Assembly: GCA_039715015.1 (NCBI GenBank) | Contig: JBDLIE010000001.1 | Span: 64,001-128,000, forward strand | Reading direction: 5' to 3' | Length of the DNA: 64,000 nucleotides | DNA from: Thermodesulfobacteriota bacterium | GTDB lineage: Bacteria; Desulfobacterota; Desulfobulbia; Desulfobulbales; SURF-16 | Part shown: positions 8,516-18,315 of the stretch, in pieces | How the letters are laid out: each line of letters opens with the position of its first letter | How positions within the stretch are numbered: the stretch's first letter is position 1 | The notes under the pieces: generated by a model | Told to the model about the DNA's origin: nothing | What the model saw: only the letters and a program-made list of their open reading frames with translations | Database searches by the model: none | Position numbers and translations under genes: made by a program

Positions 8516-9514
8516 ATGAAACGAGTTACCATTCTTGCCCTTGACGATGCGGCAGCAACCACAATTACCGGCCCCTATGACTCCTTTTGTCTTACAGGTG
8601 TTATCTGGAATATTGGTCAAGGGCAGGATATTATGCCTGAATTTGAAGTGGAAATTGTTACTCCCACAGGTGACCCGGCCCGGTGCATGAATAATCTTAC
8701 TATTATGCCTCATCGGGCCATGGCCGAAGTGCAGGAAACTGATTTGGTTTTGGTGTCATCGGTCCTTGACATTCACAACACTCTTGCCCGCCAGGGTGAG
8801 ATTGTTGACTGGTTACGAAAACGATATGAGGCTGGCGCTATGTTGGCTTCTGTCTGTACAGGTACTTTTGCCTTGGCGGAAACAGGTCTCTTGGATGGCA
8901 AGATTGCCACAACCCATTGGCGCGCTGCCGACGAATTCAAGTCACTCTACCCCAAAGTTCAATTGAAGCCTGAGCGTCTCATTACTGATGCAGGAGATAT
9001 ATTCTGTTCCGGCGGTTTTAATTCGTCGGTTGATTTGGCAAATTATTTGATAGAGAAAATGTGTGGTCGGGAAATTGCTATTCAGTGTGCCAAATCTCTG
9101 GTTATTGATAGAGGCCGAGTCTCGCAGACTCCATACTCTGTGTTTCATTTTCAGCGGGAACACAACGATGATCAGATTCTCAAAATTCAGGACACCCTGG
9201 AAAGGAACTTTAGTAAAGATATTGATCTTGATTATTTGTCGCAAAAGCACGGGATGGGCCGACGCACAATGGAGCGAAGGTTTAAGGCTTCAACAGGTGA
9301 CACCCCACTCATGTATCTGCAAAGGGTTAGGGTGGAAGAAGCAAAAAGGAATCTTGAGTCAAAGGACATGACCTTTGGGGAGATCAGCTATCTTGTCGGT
9401 TACGAAGACACCTCTTTCTTTAGGAAGATTTTTATTAAACATACTACCATGCGTCCCACCGAATATCGTTCTAAGTTTGTCAAGGTGGTGAATTTCGGTA
9501 CCCAAATCCAATAG
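8516..9514 (+). CDS. GlxA-family AraC regulator (DJ-1/PfpI domain + AraC HTH)
   Basis: SVCTGTFALAETGLLDG, ATTHW, RTMERRFK and VGYEDTSFFRKIF. RBS GGAG before ATG 8516. Confidence 0.92.
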   Translation: MKRVTILALDDAAATTITGPYDSFCLTGVIWNIGQGQDIMPEFEVEIVTPTGDPARCMNNLTIMPHRAMAEVQETDLVLVSSVLDIHNTLARQGEIVDWLRKRYEAGAMLASVCTGTFALAETGLLDGKIATTHWRAADEFKSLYPKVQLKPERLITDAGDIFCSGGFNSSVDLANYLIEKMCGREIAIQCAKSLVIDRGRVSQTPYSVFHFQREHNDDQILKIQDTLERNFSKDIDLDYLSQKHGMGRRTMERRFKASTGDTPLMYLQRVRVEEAKRNLESKDMTFGEISYLVGYEDTSFFRKIFIKHTTMRPTEYRSKFVKVVNFGTQIQ

Positions 9515-9531
9515 GCACACGAATGCGGTCA

Positions 9532-10356
9532 TCAATGGTGGATATTGGCCGCCATGATTTTCTGCCGGTCATTAATCATGGTGCGGATCAGGAAAGTGCG
9601 GCGGCGGGCCTCTTCAAGATCGGCGTTAAGGGTAAGGGCTGCTTCATAGGACGCCAGGGCCTCATTGAGCCACAGGCCGTCGAAATAACTTTTGGCAATC
9701 AAAAGATAACCGGTCTCTGGTTGGTGGGGGAAAAGTTCAGCAAAAAGCTGCTCCACAGATTCACTCCACATTTCCTGGCTGATCTCAGGTTTTTCCAAGA
9801 GGAGGCGGAGGAGAAGCACGTTCTGCCCTTGGCTGGGCAGGAGCATGCGGAGCAGAAAATTGGCGCGATTAAAGAGAAAGGAGAGATTGTCCACCTGGCG
9901 CCGGGCCTCTCTGATTATTCCCCTCATGAAGTTTTTTCGGCTGACCCCGCAATGGAGGGAAGGATCAGTGCTGCCATTCCCCTCTAAGGTCGGTCCTGCC
10001 GGGCCGTAAAACTGGTACATGTAGATATTTTCCTTAAGCTTCATTGCTTCATGGAAAACAGAACCGATAACCCAGTCGAGGAGTAGGCCGTTTTGCTGGC
10101 TGTTCTCCTGGAAAAGGCGATGGCAATGGTCTTTAAGCTGCCAGAGACGCCCTTTGTGGACTTCGGTGCCTACTAAATGGACGAGTTCGTCAAAATTAAT
10201 TTTCCCGTCAGCAATATAACCCTGATAGAGGGTGACAAAGGTTGCGTAGGTTTTGAAGAAGCCTCTGTAGAGAGAACGGATGTGGAAATCCCTTCTCTTT
10301 TCAAACCATCTGTTGGCCGGTTCCGGCGTTTTGTTTTCAATCCTTACTCTTTGCAC
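9532..10356 (-). CDS. Hypothetical protein with a C-terminal TPR-like repeat
   Basis: GTG 10356 follows AGGAGG and overlaps the glgA stop. TPR-like EALASYEAALTLNA. Confidence 0.65.
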   Translation of the reverse strand: MQRVRIENKTPEPANRWFEKRRDFHIRSLYRGFFKTYATFVTLYQGYIADGKINFDELVHLVGTEVHKGRLWQLKDHCHRLFQENSQQNGLLLDWVIGSVFHEAMKLKENIYMYQFYGPAGPTLEGNGSTDPSLHCGVSRKNFMRGIIREARRQVDNLSFLFNRANFLLRMLLPSQGQNVLLLRLLLEKPEISQEMWSESVEQLFAELFPHQPETGYLLIAKSYFDGLWLNEALASYEAALTLNADLEEARRRTFLIRTMINDRQKIMAANIHH

Positions 10357-11930
10357 AAGGCCTCCTGGTACAAGTCCATATATCGTAGCATAATTTTGTC
10401 CCAGGTGTATTGTTTTGCGATGGTCTGCACGGCCTTTTTTTGCATGGTGGCAATCTGGGCCGGTTTCTTGTGATAGGTGGCAAGAGCTCGTTTGATGGCG
10501 CTGATAAGGGCCTTTGCAGAGTGGTCTTGATAGGCAAAGCCTGTTTTGTTGTCCTCCACCTTCACCAGGCCGCCGACGTGATGGACGATGGGTAGATTGC
10601 CAAAGAGCTGGGCAATATAATCGGTGAGCCCGCACGGTTCATACTTGGATGGTATAACGAAAAAATCCCCTGCAGCATAGACCTGGTGGGCCAGTTGCTG
10701 ATCATATCCCTCAAGGACGCAGACCCGGCCATTATAGGCCTTTTCCCTGGTCAGGGAGATCAGGCCCTGGGCAATAGGCTTTTCGCCGGAGCCTAAAATA
10801 AGGGCCTGGAAATTCTTTTCCGTGGGCAGGAGAAGATGGAGGGCCTCAACAAATTTATCCATGCCCTTTTGTCCTGAGAAACGGCCAATCACCGTGAGCA
10901 GGGGCTGGTTGCTGCCGGGCTTAAGGCTGCCATGCTGGCTGATGGCCTTAAATTCTTTTTTGGCCAGTGCTTTCTCAAGCCGGTTCCGGCATATTTTTTT
11001 GCCGTCAAGGTCCCCTTTAGCCACAGAAAAAGGGGCCGGCAGGCCGAGTCTGTCCGGGTCTTTGGTGTCAAAGTCAGCGGGGTTGATGCCGTTGGTGATA
11101 CCCTCGATCTTGATATTGCGGCTCATCAGAAAATGACCGAGCCAGCCTGTCAGCTCATCGTCATCTGTTTCCCGCAACTCGCGGGCGTAATTCTCACTCA
11201 CCGTGTTGAGCTTACAGTAGCGGGAGGCGGCGACAAAGGGGTCAAAATCACCATCAAGGAGGTTCTTGTTGACAAAGCTGCGGGCCAGGCCGGTGATGGC
11301 CTGGGCATAGGGCAGGTCACCCACCTCCTGGTGATAACCCAGGCCGGCATTATGGATGGTCACCACAAAACCGGTGTTGCGGAAAAAATGGCGAAAGCCG
11401 TCACTCTCCCTGGCCATGGGCGGGATAAGGGCGGTGTGGCCATCGTGACAATGGATGATGTCCGGTCTTTCATGGCGATGCATGAGGTAGCACAGCGCGG
11501 CCTTCTGGAGCAGGATGTTCATGGAAAAATAATCATAATGGCCCTCACCGGCTCGTTTGAACGGGTCAAGTTTTTCATCGGCCTTGGTGTAGGTGTAAAT
11601 CGCCTGTTTACTCCGAAAGCGCAGGGCATCGACAAGGTAGATGGTGACCTCGCCCTTGCCCAGGGTATGGGTCTTTTTGCCCCAGATGACAACCTCTTCC
11701 TGCCGGTCCTGATTGGCATAGTTCATGGTCACCGGCAGGGTTGCCCTGACCCTGAACCCGAGAAGTTTCGGGGAAAGAAAACCGTAGCACGGGATGATTA
11801 CCGAGACCTTGGCCATTTTGCCTAAGGCTTCGGCAAGCTGCCGGCAGACGTCCTTAACGCCGCCGGCACCGGCCAGACCGTCATATTCGCGGGAGACAAA
11901 CCAGATGTTTTTTATCTTTCTTGGAGCCAT
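10344..11930 (-). CDS. glgA: Glycogen/starch synthase
   Basis: AGGVKDV, IIHCHDGHT, TIHN, ITNGI, QKG, PSKYEPCGL and VGGL. Confidence 0.9.
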   Translation of the reverse strand: MAPRKIKNIWFVSREYDGLAGAGGVKDVCRQLAEALGKMAKVSVIIPCYGFLSPKLLGFRVRATLPVTMNYANQDRQEEVVIWGKKTHTLGKGEVTIYLVDALRFRSKQAIYTYTKADEKLDPFKRAGEGHYDYFSMNILLQKAALCYLMHRHERPDIIHCHDGHTALIPPMARESDGFRHFFRNTGFVVTIHNAGLGYHQEVGDLPYAQAITGLARSFVNKNLLDGDFDPFVAASRYCKLNTVSENYARELRETDDDELTGWLGHFLMSRNIKIEGITNGINPADFDTKDPDRLGLPAPFSVAKGDLDGKKICRNRLEKALAKKEFKAISQHGSLKPGSNQPLLTVIGRFSGQKGMDKFVEALHLLLPTEKNFQALILGSGEKPIAQGLISLTREKAYNGRVCVLEGYDQQLAHQVYAAGDFFVIPSKYEPCGLTDYIAQLFGNLPIVHHVGGLVKVEDNKTGFAYQDHSAKALISAIKRALATYHKKPAQIATMQKKAVQTIAKQYTWDKIMLRYMDLYQEALCKE

Positions 11931-11970
11931 TTTTTACTTGAGGAGATGGAGATATGTTTTTTGGGTTAAC

Positions 11971-12077
11971 CACAGGGACACAAAGATACAGAGGTTTTTT
12001 GTAAGGCTTCTTTGCAGGCTTGAGTCATTCGCCATGTCTTGTGATGCCATGAAAAAAAGCATCTTTGTGTCTCTGTG
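11971..12077. repeat. Intergenic inverted-repeat (hairpin/MITE-like) element
   Basis: CACAGGGACACAAAGAT (11971-11987) pairs with ATCTTTGTGTCTCTGTG (12061-12077), 16/17. Confidence 0.7.
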
Positions 12078-12113
12078 CTGCAAAACGAAACATTTTACTT
12101 CCCCTGCGCTTTC

Positions 12114-13184
12114 TTACTCGGTGTCCGGGATCAGGTCGCCGGCTTGCTGGCGCATGAGGTGATCGGCCAGGGTCAGGCAGACCATGGATTCGCAGACCGG
12201 GATGATGCGGGGGATGGCTGAAATGTCATGGCGGCCGCCGATCTTGATCTCCACCTCTTCGTTATCCAGGTTGACAGTCTTTTGGGGTTTGCCGATGGAG
12301 GGGATGGGTTTCACCGCCACCCGGCTGACAATGGGATCACCGTTTGAGATGCCGGCCAGGATGCCGCCGGAATTATTGGAGTTGAAACCCTCGGGGCTGA
12401 GGGCGTCATTATTCTCGGAGCCTTTCATGAGACTGGCGGCAAACCCGGAGCCGATTTCCACCCCTTTCACAGCACCGATGGACATCAGGGCCCCGGCAAG
12501 ATCAGCGTCAAGTTTATTGAAAACCGGTTCCCCAAGGCCCGCCGGACAGCCGGTGGCAGTGATCTCAACAATGCCGCCCAGGGTGTCGCCCTCCTTGCGG
12601 ACCTCGGCGATGCGTGCTTCCATTTTTTCGGCCGCAGCATTATCAGGGCAACAGAGGCGATTTTCAGAGAGGGCCTCAAGCTGAAAATTTTCGGCCATGA
12701 TACCGCCCAGGGCCAGGGTGTAAGCCATGACCTTAATGCCCTGGAACTGCAAAAGTTTACGGGCCACAGCTCCAGCTGCCACTCGAGCCGCTGTCTCCCG
12801 GGCCGAGGCCCGGCCGCCACCACGGTGATCGCGGATGCCGTATTTGCAGAAATAGGAAAAGTCGCCATGACCGGGACGGAATATCTCTTTGAGATGGTCG
12901 TAGGACTTGGAGTGGGCATCCTTATTATAAATGACCAGGGTCAGGGGGGTACCGGTGGTTAGCCCTTCAAAGATGCCGGAGAGAATCTCAACCTTGTCCG
13001 GCTCCTTGCGGGGGCTGGTGGCGCCGCCCTTGCCGGGCCGTCGCCGTTCCAGGTCCTGTTGGATATCCTCCGGGCTCAAGGGAATGCCGGCCGGGCATCC
13101 GTCAATGGTAGCACCAATGGCTGTGCCGTGGGACTCGCCCCAGGTAGTGACTCTAAAGATTTGACCAAATGTATTTCCTGCCAT
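12114..13184 (-). CDS. aroC: Chorismate synthase
   Basis: GNTFG, TWGESHG, RPGHGD, GGGRASARETA and GRHD. Confidence 0.97.
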   Translation of the reverse strand: MAGNTFGQIFRVTTWGESHGTAIGATIDGCPAGIPLSPEDIQQDLERRRPGKGGATSPRKEPDKVEILSGIFEGLTTGTPLTLVIYNKDAHSKSYDHLKEIFRPGHGDFSYFCKYGIRDHRGGGRASARETAARVAAGAVARKLLQFQGIKVMAYTLALGGIMAENFQLEALSENRLCCPDNAAAEKMEARIAEVRKEGDTLGGIVEITATGCPAGLGEPVFNKLDADLAGALMSIGAVKGVEIGSGFAASLMKGSENNDALSPEGFNSNNSGGILAGISNGDPIVSRVAVKPIPSIGKPQKTVNLDNEEVEIKIGGRHDISAIPRIIPVCESMVCLTLADHLMRQQAGDLIPDTE

Positions 13185-13234
13185 GATTATGTCCTTATAT
13201 ATGTACTGGGTTATGCAAGCAGAGGAGGTTGAAG

Positions 13235-13768
13235 TTAGCTTTTTCCTTGGAAACGGGTGAGGATCTTGTCGACAATATCCTCCATGCTGCCGGTGGCGTC
13301 AAGCTCTAGATGGCAGCCATGGCGGTAAAGGGGCGTTCTCTCCTTGAGAACCTCGGCAACTTCTTGGTAGATATCCTGGCCGCTTAAAGAGGGACGTTGA
13401 CTTGATGTGGCCTTATCGGCGGCCAGGCGGCTATATATGGTTTCTATGTCCGCCTTCAGCCAGACCACAAAGGAGTTTTCTTTGATCCCCGCCCAGATAT
13501 CCTGATGCAAAATAGCGCCGCCGCCACAGGCAATGATTTGACCGGGCTTCTTTGTCAGCTCAAGAAGTATGTTTTTTTCTTTGGTCCGAAAGGCGTTCCA
13601 GCCCCTGGCTTCCACCATGGCTGAAATGCTCTGGCCTGCTTTTTTTTCAACGGCATGATCAGAATCGACAAAGGGACGGTTTAGTTTTTTCGCTATTATT
13701 TTGCCGACACTGGTTTTGCCGGTTGCCCGGTAGCCGATGAGGACGATGTTTTTATCTTTTATAGACAT
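13235..13768 (-). CDS. aroK: Shikimate kinase
   Basis: GYRATGKT, FVDSD, CGGG, RPSL and RTPLY. Adjacent to aroC. Confidence 0.93.
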   Translation of the reverse strand: MSIKDKNIVLIGYRATGKTSVGKIIAKKLNRPFVDSDHAVEKKAGQSISAMVEARGWNAFRTKEKNILLELTKKPGQIIACGGGAILHQDIWAGIKENSFVVWLKADIETIYSRLAADKATSSQRPSLSGQDIYQEVAEVLKERTPLYRHGCHLELDATGSMEDIVDKILTRFQGKS

Positions 13769-14028
13769 ATTTTTTAAGGCTCGGATTTAGCAGGGCGAAA
13801 TTTTTTAAAAAGTATGGTGGGCCGGAGGAGTACCTGTTGTACCATAAAAAATGTAATAGAAAAAACCATGGGAGAAAAAGCCCTTTTTTCTTTGCCAGGC
13901 CGGGAAGGATGGCCTTTGGCGCTTTAACCAGAGAATTCTTGCATAGCCCTCAAACATTAGGTAATTTTATTTTTGGAGTTTGTTTTTTTTGCAGTCTCTT
14001 TTAATGGTTTACATGGGTCTCTGACATT

Positions 14029-15852
14029 ATGATGCAGCCTGTTGGACATTTTTACCAGAATCTCCCCTTTGCGGAACTGTTAAGGGAAGATGAGATTGTT
14101 ATCCTTGTTGATGACGACCCCATGATTCGTGAACCCCTGGCCGAGTTCCTTGGGGAAAGTGGTCTGCCGGTGAAGGGGGCCGACTCTGCTGCGAGCGTGC
14201 AAAAACTTTTGGGCGAACATAAGGTCGGTCTTGTTCTCCTTGATATAGGCCTTCCTGATCAGGACGGCGCATCTCTGATTCCTGAGATGGTGGCGGCCCA
14301 TCCAGACTTGGCCATTGTGATGCTTTCAGGTGTTGCCGATATTAATGTTGCCATTGAATGCATCCGCAGTGGTGCCGATGATTATCTGGCAAAGCCGGTT
14401 AAGTTCAACGAGATTCTCATTGTTGTCCGCAAGGCCTTGGTCAAACGTCGCCTTATCTATGAGAACAAAAAGTATCAGGATGATCTTGAGAAGGCAAATT
14501 TCCGTTTTAAGCTTCTCCATCAGCTCTCTCTGAAAATAAACTCGGTATACCTCACCACCACAGAGCTTGATAAGGTCCTCCATGCTATTTTGGTGGGTAT
14601 TACGGCCAATGAGGGGTTACGCTTCAACCGTGCTTTTCTGGCTCTCTTTGATGATGCCCAGGAACATCTCTGGGGTCGTCTGGCCATCGGGCCCAGTTGT
14701 AGGGAAGAGGCCGGGATTATCTGGGCTGAGCTACAGGAAAAGGGAGTTGATTTTCTCGACATGGTGGAAGGCCTGCACGACTGCGCTGCCCGGGATAACG
14801 CCATAAATGATATTGTTGAAAAGTTACAGGTCCCGGTGACCAGCAAGCAGGATATCCTTATCCGTTCGGCCATCGAGCGCCGCAGTTTTTTGGTCACCGG
14901 CGGCAAGTCTAATGTGGAGGTTGACCAAAATCTCATCGATCTTTTGGGCGAGGACAGTTTTGTGGTTGTGCCTCTCTTTTCACCCCGTGCGGCCTTGGGA
15001 GTGATCATTGCCGATAATTATGTAAACCGTAATCCCATCAGCGAAAATGATGTCACCATGCTGGAGCTTTTTGCCAGCCAGGTCAGCCTGGCCATTGAGC
15101 ATAGCAAGCTCCACAATGAGATGCAGAACAAGATTGGTGAGCTGGAGCAGGTTACCCATGAACTCGACAAGAACAAGGACCTTCTTGTTGAGGCTGAACG
15201 TTATTCCGCCCTGGGTCAAATGGCCGCCCAGATGGTCCATATTCTCCGCAATCCCATCACCTCCATTGGCGGGGTATGCCGGATTCTCTCCAAAAAGATT
15301 ACCGATGAAAGTTGGCAGCGCTATCTTGATGTGATGATAAAGGAAACAGCGCGTCTTGAAGGCACCCTGGGCGATCTTTTTGATTTCGTCAGCCGGGCAG
15401 AGCCCTTGAAGACAGAGGCCAGCCTTTTTCCGGAGATAAAAAAGACCCTGCTTCTGGTGCAGCCCACCATGCTCAAGCAGAATATTACCTGGGACCTTGA
15501 TTTGAAAGGGGAGGATGTCCTGGTCGATATGGATGTTCGCCAGATACGGCAGATGTTTCTCCATATCATCCGTAATGCCCTGGATGCCATGGAACAGGGC
15601 GGCCATCTTGAGGTGAGTGGCGAGGTCCTGGATGACAAGGTCCGTATCCGCATCGTTGATACGGGCATGGGGCTGTCTGATGCCAATCTGAGTCGGGCCC
15701 GGGACCCCTTTTTCACCACCAAGACTTATGGCAGCGGCATGGGGCTTGCCATGGTTGACCGGATCGTCGAAGGCCATAACGGCAACTTCAGCTTGAACCG
15801 TAAGGAAGAGGGCATGGAGGCTGTGGTGGAACTGCCGGTGGTGAGGAAATGA
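14029..15852 (+). CDS. Cytoplasmic hybrid sensor kinase (REC-GAF-HisKA-HATPase)
   Basis: LVDDD, LLDIGLPD, GAF GVIIADN, HILRNP, DTGMG and PFFTTK..GSGMGL. Confidence 0.9.
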   Translation: MMQPVGHFYQNLPFAELLREDEIVILVDDDPMIREPLAEFLGESGLPVKGADSAASVQKLLGEHKVGLVLLDIGLPDQDGASLIPEMVAAHPDLAIVMLSGVADINVAIECIRSGADDYLAKPVKFNEILIVVRKALVKRRLIYENKKYQDDLEKANFRFKLLHQLSLKINSVYLTTTELDKVLHAILVGITANEGLRFNRAFLALFDDAQEHLWGRLAIGPSCREEAGIIWAELQEKGVDFLDMVEGLHDCAARDNAINDIVEKLQVPVTSKQDILIRSAIERRSFLVTGGKSNVEVDQNLIDLLGEDSFVVVPLFSPRAALGVIIADNYVNRNPISENDVTMLELFASQVSLAIEHSKLHNEMQNKIGELEQVTHELDKNKDLLVEAERYSALGQMAAQMVHILRNPITSIGGVCRILSKKITDESWQRYLDVMIKETARLEGTLGDLFDFVSRAEPLKTEASLFPEIKKTLLLVQPTMLKQNITWDLDLKGEDVLVDMDVRQIRQMFLHIIRNALDAMEQGGHLEVSGEVLDDKVRIRIVDTGMGLSDANLSRARDPFFTTKTYGSGMGLAMVDRIVEGHNGNFSLNRKEEGMEAVVELPVVRK

Positions 15853-15885
15853 CCCTGGCCATTTTCCGGCCCAGGAAAATCCATT

Positions 15886-17781
15886 GTGAAGATAACAGAT
15901 CTTTTTACCCGCATCCCAAAAGGAAGTGCCGACACTGATGGCGGCAAGGTTTCTCGCCTTATTCAGCCGGTGCAACCTGTTGGCCTTGCCGGCAAACTGA
16001 ACCTGGTGCCGGGCCAACTCCTCCAAGGCGAAGTGGTGGGGGAAGATAGCAATGGCCTGCTTTTACTCAAGCTTGCCGGCGAGATTATTTCGGCCCGGAC
16101 TCCCATAAAGCTTGAGCCTGGCCAGCAGTTCTGGTTTGAGGTTAAGGAGGCCGGGGACAGTCCCCTGCTGAATTTGGCCTCTGGGAAAGGGGCCATCCAA
16201 GATCTGCTAAAAGAAATTATGGCGACCCGGCCGCTTCTGGTCAAAACGCAATCCTCTGTTGATGCGTCCCCTGCTTCACCTTCTGGGCCGCAATCCTCCA
16301 GGGCGCCACAACCATCCCCTTCTCCTGCGGCTCAGGCCTTGACTGAGGCAGCTTCTCCATCGGCAACATCATTCCCCGAGTTCCAGGAGCAAGATCAAAG
16401 TAAGGCTTCTGCCCAGGCTCCTACATCTCAAGCGGTGCAGACCAGTGACCGGGGTCTGCCGCTGTTGGCACGTGATGGAACATTGCCGCCGGAAAGCGTT
16501 CGCCTGGTCAGGGCCTTGGTTTCTCTGGTTAATTCGGGAAAGGGTGATATTTTTTCTCAGCAGGAAACGGTAGGTGCGCAGAAATTCCCACCCTTGATAA
16601 AAACCATTACCACCCTGATTCGAGATGAGCAGATCCCTCCCTCCCTCCAGAAGCTTGAAGGTTTTGGGCATGTTGTCCGGCCAGGTGTCAGGCCTGGATT
16701 GGAGGCTGGGCAGCCCCGGCAGGATTCTAGACCTGGCGTCGCCGAGGCTGGGAGCAAGGATGTACAATCCCCCCCGACGCCGGAAGGGGGGCGCTCTTCC
16801 CTTGCCAGCTCTGCGGCTTTTTCGTCGGCAGAGGCCGCACTGGCTCCTGGGACTATCAAAATACTTAATGCCCTGGTGGCGATTTCCGGGATAAGGCCAC
16901 CCACAGCAGAAAATCAGGGGCCGCTCCAACCGGTCGGCAATCCAGACCAAAATCTGGCGGAGATTCTATCCGTCATAGGGAGAGAGGGGAAGATTCCCAA
17001 GGCCCTGCAGCAGCTTGCTCCTTTGAGAATGTTGATGAATCCAGCGGCAAACATGAACGAAGGGCTGCTTGCCGGAGCCAAGCAGCCCTATGCTGGTCAA
17101 GAGAGCCAACCTGTGGGTGGGGGGGGAGGTTTAAGTTCGGCAGCTTTTCCTCTTCAATATGCTGCTGCCCAGCAGGGGGCGGAGCCGTTGCCTGGCCAAT
17201 TGCGCCTCCTTGCTTCACTTATGGGATTGGGGCCTAAGGCGAGTAGTTCTGCGGCATGGCATGAGATTGAAGAGATTCTGGTCCGCATACCTGAGGGAGA
17301 AATGCCTGCAGCCACCCGGAAATTTGCCTCTTTTTTTGAGGCGCACAGCAAGCTTAATGAAGAGTTGGCTGCTCCCACAGGAGGGCAGAGTGATTTTTAT
17401 ATTATGCCATCGGTGTTTGCCGGCCAAGCCGGCTGGGGGGAGTGGCTTTGGAGTAAAGAGGGGCCGCCAGCTGGCAACGACAGAAAAAGCCAGGAAAATC
17501 TGGTGTTTTTCCTGGAAATGAGTAATTTGGGTGCATTGACCATCCAGATTCTTCTTAGGGAGAAAAAGTTGCGGGGTCAAATCATTATGTCTGACCAAAA
17601 GGGCAGTGAACTTGTTGCCTCTTTACTACCTGGGCTCCAACCGCGTCTTGAGGCGTTAGGTTACGACATGGTGGATTTCTCCTGTACGTGTCAACCGGTT
17701 AACCTCATGCAGGAGCTGAAAGAGAATCTGCATGGACAGATTGGTTCTGGAGCGGTTTCTCTTCTTGACGTTCAGGTGTAG
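15886..17781 (+). CDS. FliK-like (hook-length control) low-complexity protein
   Basis: Pro/Ser/Gln-rich middle region. C-terminal LVFFLEMSNLGALTI...LPGLQPRLEALGY...LLDVQV. Confidence 0.6.
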   Translation: MKITDLFTRIPKGSADTDGGKVSRLIQPVQPVGLAGKLNLVPGQLLQGEVVGEDSNGLLLLKLAGEIISARTPIKLEPGQQFWFEVKEAGDSPLLNLASGKGAIQDLLKEIMATRPLLVKTQSSVDASPASPSGPQSSRAPQPSPSPAAQALTEAASPSATSFPEFQEQDQSKASAQAPTSQAVQTSDRGLPLLARDGTLPPESVRLVRALVSLVNSGKGDIFSQQETVGAQKFPPLIKTITTLIRDEQIPPSLQKLEGFGHVVRPGVRPGLEAGQPRQDSRPGVAEAGSKDVQSPPTPEGGRSSLASSAAFSSAEAALAPGTIKILNALVAISGIRPPTAENQGPLQPVGNPDQNLAEILSVIGREGKIPKALQQLAPLRMLMNPAANMNEGLLAGAKQPYAGQESQPVGGGGGLSSAAFPLQYAAAQQGAEPLPGQLRLLASLMGLGPKASSSAAWHEIEEILVRIPEGEMPAATRKFASFFEAHSKLNEELAAPTGGQSDFYIMPSVFAGQAGWGEWLWSKEGPPAGNDRKSQENLVFFLEMSNLGALTIQILLREKKLRGQIIMSDQKGSELVASLLPGLQPRLEALGYDMVDFSCTCQPVNLMQELKENLHGQIGSGAVSLLDVQV

Positions 17782-17819
17782 AGCGAAATGCTATAAATAA
17801 AGATTGTAGGTCTGTTGAT

Positions 17820-18284
17820 ATGAAATGGCTTGTTGTACTTTTATTGGTTTTAGGTTGGAGCGGGGCGGCTTATGCTGATGATGAAGCCAAGATCATCCGC
17901 ATGAAGGGCCAGAATTATAAAATTTGGACGGACAAGAATGGTATCCGGCACATTGACCCTATCTATCTTGTTGAAAAGTCAGCAGGAGCCAAGGCGGCTG
18001 ATAAAAAAGAAGCAGTAGCGGCCAGCAAGGCCAAGGAAAAAGAGAAAGCTGTTAAGCCCGAAAAGGTCAAAGAGCCAGACCCCGCCGTCACAGTGGTGGA
18101 GGAAATGACTTATGATGCCTGTCGAGAGTCTCTTGCCGCTGCCGAGGCCATGGCCTCCGTCTATAATGTGGTTTTTGACTACCCCAAAGGGCAGAAGTTT
18201 ACAGTTCTCATGGTTGTGGACGAGAAAACCGTGCAGCTGAAATGTGAGTACGGAACCAGGGTCGCCACCACCTGGGATAAGTGA
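17820..18284 (+). CDS. Exported hypothetical protein
   Basis: Signal peptide (AYA), Lys/Ala/Glu-rich linker, two Cys. Confidence 0.7.
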   Translation: MKWLVVLLLVLGWSGAAYADDEAKIIRMKGQNYKIWTDKNGIRHIDPIYLVEKSAGAKAADKKEAVAASKAKEKEKAVKPEKVKEPDPAVTVVEEMTYDACRESLAAAEAMASVYNVVFDYPKGQKFTVLMVVDEKTVQLKCEYGTRVATTWDK

Positions 18285-18315
18285 GAAAGAAATCAAAGCA
18301 GTGGCCTGCATCCTT

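Noticed and set aside
10357..10635. N-terminal extension of the 367-aa ORF
   Set aside because: It overlaps glgA out of frame; GTG 10356 with AGGAGG is the better start.
10932..11825. Long antisense ORFs (also 14980-16026, 28591-29388, 32329-33162, 45699-46439, 63102-63743)
   Set aside because: They are shadows of well-supported genes on the other strand and have no motifs.
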